Positions 53,068 to 64,000 of a DNA stretch of 64,000 bases are shown here, piece by piece. The stretch lies in NCBI RefSeq assembly GCF_006345805.1, contig NC_043003.1, positions 74,090,001 to 74,154,000 on the forward strand. The letters are read 5' to 3'. The translations under genes and the position numbers were made by a program. This DNA is from Octopus sinensis. Taxonomy: Eukaryota. Within the stretch, counting starts at the first letter, position 1; the number at the start of each line of letters is the position of its first letter. The notes below the pieces were generated by a model. That model did not search any database. It saw nothing but the letters and a program-made list of their open reading frames with translations, and was not told the DNA's origin.

Positions 53068-53459
53068 ATTACCTTGATACTGTGTGGACTTGATAATGTA
53101 TTTCCAGTGGATAGGACACTCAGTTAACAATAATGTGTTAAATATTTATAGTATGCAAATTAGTTGCTCCGGTTCTTTTAAGCTACTAGATTTGTTGTAT
53201 ACAGAAACAAATTGGCTATTAGTTTGTCTTGGATGGCAGATGTGATGTTGAGAACACAATAAGTTTCGAAAACCGATTGGGTCTGTTGTCATTTTCTATA
53301 CTAGGGAGAAGTAAAGTTTTCTCTGTGTGTATGTACCTTACACAGGTGTGTGTGTGTATGTCTCCATTCTTATAACAAAAATTCTGCACAGTTTCCATTT
53401 ACCAATGATCATCTCCTGATATTTCCCTTGTCGAATGTATTTCAATGTGGGTTCAAAGA

Positions 53460-53700
53460 CAATATATCTATTTCGTTACTACCCACAAGGGGCTAAACAC
53501 AGAGAGGACAAACAAGGACACACAAACGGATTAAGTGGATTATATCAACCCCAGTGCGTAACTGGTACTTATTTAATCGACCCCGAAAGGATCAAAGGCA
53601 AAGTCGACCTCGGCGGAATTTGAACTCAGAACGTAACGGCAGACGAAATACGGCTATGTATTTCGCCCGGCGTGCTAAAGTTTCTGCCAGCTCGCCGCCT
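53460..53700 (-). mobile_element. tRNA-derived SINE (family D), near full length
   Basis: The minus-strand head ggcggcgagctggcagaaac...ctgagttcaaattccgccgagg contains a B-box; the body is shared with 51975-52690. Confidence 0.85.
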
Positions 53701-53974
53701 CCAATAGACAATATATCGTTGTTATAGTATACGCAATTTGTTGAAATATTAGGAGCGGCAGTTTCATACTAAACCTGACATAGAAAAGGTCTTGTAAAGG
53801 CTTACACCATGCCTAAGAGTGAGAACTCTTTTATAATCCCGATGACCTCAGATGAAACGAGGTTGAATGTAAATTCTTTACTTTTCTTACACAATATGGA
53901 TATCATGCATTACCTGAAGCTTTTCTTGCTAAAAGGTCTATCAAGTGCTTCGTGATAACATCGTATTGGGTACG

Positions 53975-54033
<59 letters not shown>

Positions 54034-54501
54034 CATGTATAGTTGTATTTCAGAATGGCCCTTTCTATTTTTGGTAAATAAACACAAACACTATATATTC
54101 GTTCGTCATTAATTTGTTACTTTTCTCATTTTAACTCATGTTCATTGCTCTGAAACCTTTCGTCACACATCTGTAACCTATTCAGTGATACTTACCGTTC
54201 TCGTGAGTGCTCCTGCTCTAATTATTCCAATGGACATAGATGTGCGACGAAAGATTTACGGGAAATGAATATGAGTTAAAATCAGAGCAGTTATAGACGA
54301 ATGAAGAACGAATATATAGCGCGTCTGTTTGTTTGACAAAAATAAAAAGCACCATTCTGAAAAAAAAAAAAAAAACAATAATGACCGTCCCGAAATACAA
54401 TAAAATGGTTCAACACATGGTTTCACATCAGGTATCTTGCAACACAACTTCATAAACGTATATATTTCTGAGTGCTCCAATAGAATATCCACCAAAGAAC
54501 C

Positions 54502-54586
<85 letters not shown>

Positions 54587-54928
54587 TGTGCGTGTGTGTG
54601 TGTATGTATATATGTATAATAATAATGATAACAACAACAGCAACAACAATAATCTATACTATAACGGAGAAAGCAATTATTATAGGTTTGAGCGGCTGGA
54701 AATATTTTTATAAATTCAATTTCTGAGAAATTTCCAGTAATTTCGATTTTCCAACTTTATTGAATGTTTTAAAATCCAATATCCCGCAAATTTAAATATT
54801 CACTGCGCCTAGGTCATCACAAAAATAAATATTCATTGTATTCACTGTAGAGTATTCCATTTACATTTGCAAAGTCTCTCACTTTCTCTTTTAAAATTCA
54901 ATTCCATATTAATGTATACGTAATGGGT

Positions 54929-55310
54929 GGAGGCGCAGTGGCCTACCAGTTCGGACCCTGGACTCGCGGTCGTAGGATTACTGTTTTCATTCCCAGACCG
55001 GGTGTTGTGAGTGTTTATTGACCGAAAACACTTACATCTCCACGGGGCCCCGACAGTGGGTGGTGGCAGTCCGTGCTGTACACTTTCACCACAACTTTCT
55101 CTCACTTCTTTTTCCTGTGTCAGTTGTAACTTTATTTCAAAGGGCCAGCCTCGTCACACTCTGTGTCGCGCTGAATCTCCCCAAGAAATATGTTAAGGAT
55201 ACACGTGTCTGTGGAGTGCTCAACCACTTGCACGTTAATTTCACGAGCAGCCTGTTCCTTTGGTTGGATCAACTGGAACCTTCGTCGTTCTACCCGACGG
55301 AGTGTCACAA
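54929..55310 (+). mobile_element. tRNA-derived SINE (family A)
   Basis: Full-length homolog of 903-1255. Confidence 0.85.
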
Positions 55311-56728
55311 TACGTAATGTATAAACCTTACATATTGATTAACTTTTTGAAATCCCCGTATAATTTTTGAACGCGAAATAGCTGAGAGAAGAGCGTAGAA
55401 AGTTGAGTAATTACTATTACAAGACGAGGAGAAAAGACCGAAAAGGTATCGACAAGTAATCGAAAACTAATTTCCAGTTTCGAATCACAACTTCATGATT
55501 GACACAAACACAAACGCCAGTATACAATCGTGCACAGACATAGAGATACACATACACATGAATGAAAGGCAATGAATGTGTGCGTGCGCGTGTGAGTATG
55601 TGTGTGTGTATGTGTGTGTGTGTCTATGTGTGTGTGTGTGCGTGTGTGTGTGTGTGTGTGTACTGTTTACTGACAAAACTTAGTGCTGCATGACTTTTGC
55701 GAAATTTTGTCTGTGAACAGGCTGCGGTTTCAAAGCGACGAAAATATTTTGACACAAACGAAATTTCAATATTAAAGTGACAATAACGGTATCTGTGTGA
55801 TCTTGAATAGTTTGCAAACATCTTCCACGCTGCAATTGTTTTTGTTTCAGCACACGATCTCAAATCAAATCACTTACTATGCAGCTACATCTCCGTCCTT
55901 TTTTTAAAAATCACTGTGGCTAAATCTCAGCAATGACCGTCTCAGGCTCTCCAATATCTTAATTTGTAAACAGAAAAATCGGGGCAGAGAGTGGCGTTGC
56001 AAAAAATTCCTAATATCTCGAATTTTCTTTTTTCTAGCATATAGATATATTTATGGGGGGAAAAACATTGGAAAACATCAATGTATGCGAGAGTGATAAA
56101 TAAATGAGGGTGGGTTGTCTTTGGATGTGTTAGAAACAACAGCCAAATCGTCCTTAAATCACTTTTCCTTCTGAAAAAATCAACATTTTTTTCACTGAAA
56201 ATGCTCTTCCCATGATTTCGAAGCGCAAATAAATAATTAGATAAAATAGGTCCGGAGTTGGAGAATGAAGGAGGGGGTGAGTAAAAAAATGATTTTTCAA
56301 ACTGTTTTCATACAAAGATACCCACCGTTTCGAAGGCTGTGATTTATAAAGATGAGGAAATCCCCGAAAAATTTTCCCAAGAAATTTCTTTATAATCAAA
56401 ATCTATACTCTTTGAAAGGAATTTGTATAAATTTTCATTAATAGATATCCATCTTCCTGAAATTTATGAAGGAAAAATGTCAGATTATGTAAATATTTTG
56501 CAACTACTCTCTCCACTTCGCTCTCAACAATTCTTTCCCATAAACCTCTATATACTCTGAAGCCACAGCAACTGAGCGGTATTTGTAGAACGTTTTGTTA
56601 GAAAGTATACATTTTTCTGGATGTTATCCAGTAACTAATTCGGGGGCGGGCGTACACATCTGTAGTAATGCCGTTTTATTTATATGATTTTTTTATTTCA
56701 TGTTTATTTAATTTATTGTTTGCAATGT

Positions 56729-56785
<57 letters not shown>

Positions 56786-56871
56786 TACACTGCAAAGCTT
56801 AGAAATGAGCATCAAATGTGAAAATATTAACATAGGGCTAGCAAAAACCGTCCGGAGAGTGGACTTTTTCC

Positions 56872-56923
<52 letters not shown>

Positions 56924-56966
56924 TGATTAAATATACAGAAGATTGATTTTGTATTAAACTTTATTT

Positions 56967-57072
56967 TGTATGACGATTGTTTCGACCCATGCTGCTACTC
57001 TCCCTTATATGTGGGAATCTATACCTGGTATTGTGTTGTACCTGTTATGTAGTCTAGGTCACATCAGGTGCA
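56967..57072 (-). ncRNA. Candidate type I hammerhead, CUGAUGU core, long loop II
   Basis: Minus strand: TGCAC-CTGATGT-GACCTA...TGGGTC-GAAA-C(AATC)G-TC-ATACA. Stem I has two mismatches in this copy. Confidence 0.6.
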
Positions 57073-57191
57073 TTCATAGATAAATTGGTGTCTCGTTAAA
57101 AATCTTGAATCTGGGCGGTAATGTTATTTGTAAATAACAACATAACTGCCCAAACACAAGATATTTAGCGAGATACCACGTTATGTATGAA

Positions 57192-57291
57192 TGTACCTTA
57201 TGTGACCCACACAGCGAAATTGATACAACACAACGTGAGAATCCCAGTCTCAAAGTAGTTTAGCAGCATTAATCGAAACGAAAGTCGTACA
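57192..57291 (+). ncRNA. Candidate type I hammerhead of the same family (core mutated to CTTATGT)
   Basis: TGTAC-CTTATGT-GACCCA...TAATC-GAAA-C(GAAA)G-TC-GTACA. Perfect 5-bp stem I; the 3' strand of stem II is decayed. Confidence 0.55.
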
Positions 57292-57629
57292 AAAGTAAGA
57301 GTAATACAAAATCCAATTACTCTTTACTCATTCAATTATATTCTCGACTAACACTGCGGAATTCCTGAAGTAGACCCAACGGAAATATACCTCTACTGAA
57401 CATGACACCAGGTAGCCCAAACCATGAAAGTGCTTTACTCCTCAACACACTTGTTGACTTATACGCATTAGTCCCAAATATTACATACATACATATATAC
57501 TCTATTATTTTTCTTATATCAATCATCAAACGGTCAAAATAGGGCACTAATTTAAAAATTATATATAACACAAGCACACACATCCAGAAACAAGTGCGCG
57601 CATGCGCCAAAACACACTCCAAAAAAAAG

Positions 57630-57851
57630 TATATAAGGTGGCCCAAAAGTAGGCTTATAGTTATTCAACTATCTCTTTTGCATTCATATATTACTGGTCA
57701 ATATCTTAATTATAAACACTATGAAACTATTATTCTATGGTAATTTAGTTAATTTTTTCAAGATCCCTTTCTGCTTTTATGATAGAAATTTAAATGTAAT
57801 AAAATATTTTAAAAGAAATAAATCTATACAGATTTTGAGTCACCCTGTATA
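57630..57851. mobile_element. Tc1/mariner-type MITE (about 220 bp)
   Basis: Imperfect TIRs tatataaggtggcccaaaa and ttttgagtcaccctgtata, TA at both ends, AT-rich non-coding interior. Confidence 0.65.
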
Positions 57852-58636
57852 CATACATACATAATATATATATATACATATACATGTGCAGCGGCTATAA
57901 TCTGTTATTATTTGTTTCTCTGGAAACAATTTCTTACAAGGAGTCGCTCGTATAATTTTGCAGAAATTATATTTTGGTTTGAAGCATATATAGGCTTAAC
58001 CTGGTGTAATTTTGTTGGCATGTGAGACCGATGTGGTTTGCACGCAAGATTTAGTAGTTCTGCCATAACAGCTACACGATTGGTTTTCAAAATAATTTTA
58101 CTGAAGGGATGGTTACAGTAGTGTTGCTGTCAAGAAATTCGTTTGCGTTAGGATTGTCGGCTTAGTAATTTGACAACAATTATAACTAATTTTAAGTGTC
58201 CTCTTACACTGTTATTAAGTGCATGTCAGTGGAAAAAATGTTTGATTAAATCATATAGCTTCATACAGTGTTTGCAAAGAAGTAGTAATGACTTGTATTA
58301 AATAATATTCAAATCAGAATGAGATGCACATATCTACAAGAGACAGGGCAGCTTCAATCCACATATTATACATACAATCATGGTATTGCTATGCATGGTT
58401 AATGTATCATTGCTATTTATTTGTCTATAAAACAGTAAATCAGTCACATGGTAGTGATAAATTTACAGGCATTTACATAGAATGTAAAAAAAGTTCAAAA
58501 GGAATGTACGGCACTCCATTAAAAAGAATATGTTACCGTAGGAGACTGTACTGGGGCGATTTTAAGTACATTCCAGAGAAGTAAACACATAGTAATCTAC
58601 TTGTGTGTACTGCTACAATTTATATTTGAATGTCTC

Positions 58637-59535
<899 letters not shown>

Positions 59536-59539
59536 TATG

Positions 59540-59802
59540 GGTTCTCATTCCTAAGTTCTTCTTCGTCGTCGTCTTCTTCTTCTTCTTCTTCTTCTTCTTC
59601 TTCTTCTTCTTCTTCTTCTTCTTCTTCTTCTTCTTCTTCTTCTTCTTCGTCTTCTTCTTCTTCTTCTTCTTCTTCTTCTTTTTCTTCTTCTTCTTCTTGT
59701 TATTATTATTTTTATTATTATTATTATATGGCATAGTGGTTAAAAGTGCGGGCTACTAACCCCAGGATCCCCAGTTCATTTCCAGGCAGTGACCTGAAGA
59801 AA

Positions 59803-59901
<99 letters not shown>

Positions 59902-60101
59902 AAGAAAAACAACAACAACAACAAGAAAACAGCAACATCGAAACATACCATAGGAATGAGAACCTAGGTTCGAAATTTCCTCAAGACATTGAGGAAGGCC
60001 GGGCGGTATAACAGCTGAAACGTTGTTTTAACAACTAACAAGATGAGGACAAATTCTGTCCAATCTAAATAATGTACATAATTCCTCAACTCTTTAATAT
60101 A
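59540..60101 (+). mobile_element. Composite palindromic tRNA-head / microsatellite / hammerhead-tail element
   Basis: A-box TGGCATAGTGG at 59729-59739 and degenerate B-box at 59774-59783, then (AAT)n(AAG)n(AAC)n, then a tail with a degenerate HHR at 59982-60030. The left arm (59540-59727) mirrors the right arm. Confidence 0.75.
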
Positions 60102-60180
60102 CAATTGTAGAATATAAATTCGCGTATATATAAAATCTAAGCTGTATTATGCACTATATATATGTATGTATGTATATATA

Positions 60181-60231
<51 letters not shown>

Positions 60232-60409
60232 CATATATATATATACATATACATATATATACATACATATACATATATATACATATATATACATGTATAT
60301 ATATACAGAGATGGATAGAAAGAGAGGGAGAGAGAGAAAGAGAGAGAAAGTCTTTAGGAAATTGCTTGTTACGGTTGTAATATTAAGCGAAAGATTTTTC
60401 TAAACTATA

Positions 60410-61560
60410 CGATTAAAGGAAACCTCTTTAGGAAGTAGTGCTACTAACCTTTGGGAACGAATTTCACTGGGTAAACAAACACCCACAAAAAAATTAAAGA
60501 GAGTTTCTCACAGGAGTTCATACTTGAAGGACTATAGCTAGTACTGGAAAATAGCTTATTTTCTGACGACCGATATTAGACGCAAATATATGGAACTGCA
60601 CAGTAACCAAAGAAGCACCGGAAATTGCGATACTAGTAATGTGATTTTTGGAAGAAAACATTTACTCCCTATCTAGCATTTCCTTTCGCCAAAATTTTCA
60701 TTAAAAATTAGTTGGAAACTGGAAAAGATACTTGGATGACTGTTTTATATTCCAGAAAAAGAGTAACGAGGTCCTTACAAAATTCCTGGAAGTAATAGAC
60801 AGCATGCTTGGATCAATCTAATTCACTATGGACATGGGAACACCCTTCTTAGATATTTTAATAATCGAAAACAATCAAATTATCGCAATTTATTTCTGTT
60901 ATAAAAAACACAGATACACACCAATATTTAGACTTTAGATCTTCTCATCCTTCCCATACAAAAAGAAACATACCTTTTAATCTGACTCGACGAATATTGA
61001 CAAAAGTTTCGATGCAGGAATTTACTTGTTTCTTACAAAACAAAAATGCCCCTCCAAACTAAGAGTCCAAGGAAAGGATACCCCAACCTCTACAGTACAT
61101 ATGAAAATAGATATAAAAATACATATAAAAAATTTCCATTTGTTATCACCCAGGGACCACAGCATTCAACAATCAGAAAAACGCCTCCAACCAACTCTCC
61201 AACAAATACTTAAGGAAGAACGAATCATCAGCAGTCCAAGGCAGCCACCTGATCTTAAGAGGCATCTAACCAAGGTAAGATTCACATCAGAGAAAGAAGG
61301 CATGGAAGTCATAATATATGGAGACCCCATTTGACAATCGAGTAATTCGAACACGGATCAGCCAAAAAATTCAGAAATGGGAAGAAATTAAATGTAAATG
61401 CAAATATGAACAGCAAAACCAAATATTTGAGATACTGTAGCATATGTTAATAGTACAATGAAAGATATGTTCGGGAAACAAATGCAAAATCAACCAGTCA
61501 TGTAAATACGCATAGACACCAAATAAAGCATCCCTTGCTTAGATGCAGCTAATTTGACAT
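60410..61560 (+). pseudogene. Decayed Penelope-like RT/GIY-YIG, same lineage as 22481-24021
   Basis: NWKRYLDDCFIF at about 60717-60752, PFLDILI, TDTHQYLDFRSSHPSHTKRNIPFNLTRRI, SPRQPPDLKRHLT; frameshifts and stops. Confidence 0.85.
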
Positions 61561-62799
61561 ATGTGCACAAGGAAAGTTCAAAATATATCCCTTTTATAAA
61601 ATGACGACGTACTTCGAAAGGCAAAAGAAGAGCATTTTATAACGTTTCTGAAACCGAAACTAAAGCAGAAATAAGCTATATACCCGTGCCTTATACCGCT
61701 ATGAATTGAAAGCGGTTGCACAAAGCCTAGAAAGAATTTGTGAAATTCATTCGTAAATATTACTATCACTCCATTCCCTAAAGGGATCTTGTTAACTTTT
61801 TGTAAAATCTTTCTCTCCTTTTCTTTCTCTCTCTTTCTTTCTCTCTCTTTCTCTCTCTTTCTTTCTCTTGATATATATATATATATAATATATATATATA
61901 TATATTTGAGTGTATATATGCACACACACATGAACACAAAAACATTTTTATATAGAGAATAACTCAAGGCCCAATTGTTCATTATTATTACTTATATGTA
62001 AAACCATCAGATAAGTAGTTCCTTTTATACAGCTTTACTCATATTGTATACATTTCATAAATATACGAAAAGGGTGATTAGATAATTAATTACGACATGT
62101 AATGCCTATTTTTGCCTATCACTTATTGACCTATTATTTATAAAAATATACTGAAAGAAAAAACCCTATAAACCATCAATTATTCTGACATGCAAGTACC
62201 AACTACCTATGTACTTAAAAATCTTTGTCGAATGTAGGATTGGCGATTAAGAATTTGAAATAACAAATAGCTCCTTATTTGGTAATTCGGAACGTACATA
62301 CAAATAGATTTTTAACAAGGTTTATGTAGAGATGTATATTAGATTTCACAGAGAGGAAATCTAATTAAATATTAGGTATATTAGAACCCACGTCCTATTA
62401 GTCTTTTAGTCTAGATTCAAATAAGCGTGATTAGAAAAAACATATATATAAATCCCCTGAAATGATATCAAAGTATTTTAAACGTCTTTTTATTTTTGGT
62501 TTCCTTGAGATATTACATACTGAGGAATACAAGGATTACGATGATCTATTTATGAATATCTGGGTCCATTTGTATGAAACAGTTTTAGAGGAATATGAAA
62601 AATAAAAACTAAAATCTATTTTAAAATCCAGTCTCCTTCATTTCATAAAGATTAATAAACTGATGATTTTAATACAAGCTTTCATAGTCATACGACTTGT
62701 AAAAGAAAAATTCGAAAGCAAAGTATGAAGAAAAGACTTTAGAAATCTAAGGAAAAAATACCAATTAAAGGTCGAACATACATTCATCCGATAATATGT

Positions 62800-63068
<269 letters not shown>

Positions 63069-63876
63069 CAAAGGTACTAAGGATGTTTGTGTGTAACTGA
63101 AATATCTCATTTATGTTTATACTTACCTTTGGCAGTGCAGTGCAAATTTTTGTGACATTTAGACCTGTATTTAAACGATTAAACAAATTTTTTGTTGTTT
63201 CTTGACGAAAAAACATGGCTTCCGTGACGTCTACACGCGTACAGTAATATTTCAATCATTTAGAAATATTTTTAGCAGAATGTGATTTTATCATCCGGTG
63301 TTTGTTAATTTCCGTAGAAAATCTTTATTTATTTATTATTCTTTTAAAGCGAAAGATAGGAGAAAGTGAAAGATGTATATACGTGTATATATAATGGAAG
63401 CGTGTATGTTAGAGAGAGAGAGAGTGAGGGGGAAATAGAGTGAAAGAGAGAGAGTGAGAAAGAGAAGGAGAGAAAAGAGAGAGAGAAAGAGATAATGAGA
63501 GGGAATGAGCGTGTTCTCATGTCTACGTACATGGATCAATACATATGCGTACATTTTTTGGTATGACGTTGCCAGATGTGAAAGATAGAGCGAAAGATAG
63601 AGCGAAAGAGAGAGAAAATGAGTTAGTGAACGTGTGTCTTCTCATGTATGTATAAGTAGTTCTCTCTCTCTCTCTCACTTGTTCTCTCTCTCTCACACAC
63701 ACACATACACACCTCCATTGCATATACAGGTTCATACATCTTTCATTTTCTCCTCTCTCTCACTTTAAAACCAAAGTAACAGGTGATTTTGCGGATAAAA
63801 ATTGTTAAACAAAATCCTCCATACATGTAAATTGATTACTTTAGTTTGAATAGTTCCAAATAAATTAGTCCAGGCG

Positions 63877-64000
63877 CAGGAGAGGGTGTGTGGTAAGAAG
63901 CTGGCTCCCAAACCAAATGGTTCCGGGTTCAGTCCCTTGGGCATATGTCTACTAATTTAGTCACGGCATGCCCAAAGCCTTGTGAGTGGATTTGGTAGAT
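63877..64000 (+). mobile_element. Family B SINE head, running off the window end
   Basis: ggcgcaggagagggtgtgtggtaagaagct...ggttccgggttcagtcc...caaagccttgtgagtggatttggtaga. Confidence 0.8.

Noticed and set aside
55860-56420. Transposon-interior-like non-coding segment
   Set aside because: No TIRs, ORF homology or second copy in the window to support a call.

Overview
An AT-rich, microsatellite-dense eukaryotic window made almost entirely of repeats. I can support no host protein-coding exon, rRNA, genuine tRNA gene or CRISPR array. The repeat style suggests a cephalopod genome, probably Octopus; this is inference from recalled repeat families, not a database result. The window holds four Penelope-like element (PLE) copies from three RT lineages, one with a long open RT + GIY-YIG frame (22481-24021). 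It also holds relics of R4/Dong, HERO/R2-like and CR1/L2-like LINEs, two gag-like ORF1 relics with CCHC knuckles, Tc1, mariner, maT and rosa-like transposons, and several tRNA-derived SINE families. The most interesting signal is a set of about a dozen type I hammerhead-ribozyme (HHR)-like motifs in several short non-coding repeat families. The three main ones are: (1) a 473-bp-unit tandem plus inverted repeat at 1401-2526 with a palindromic-stem-III hammerhead, resembling a retrozyme; (2) a palindromic composite element (tRNA head, microsatellite, hammerhead tail) seen three times; (3) a CUGAUGU-core hammerhead family in a head-to-head pair at 56967-57291. All folds were made by eye and ribozyme activity is untested. 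Boundaries of decayed elements are approximate.
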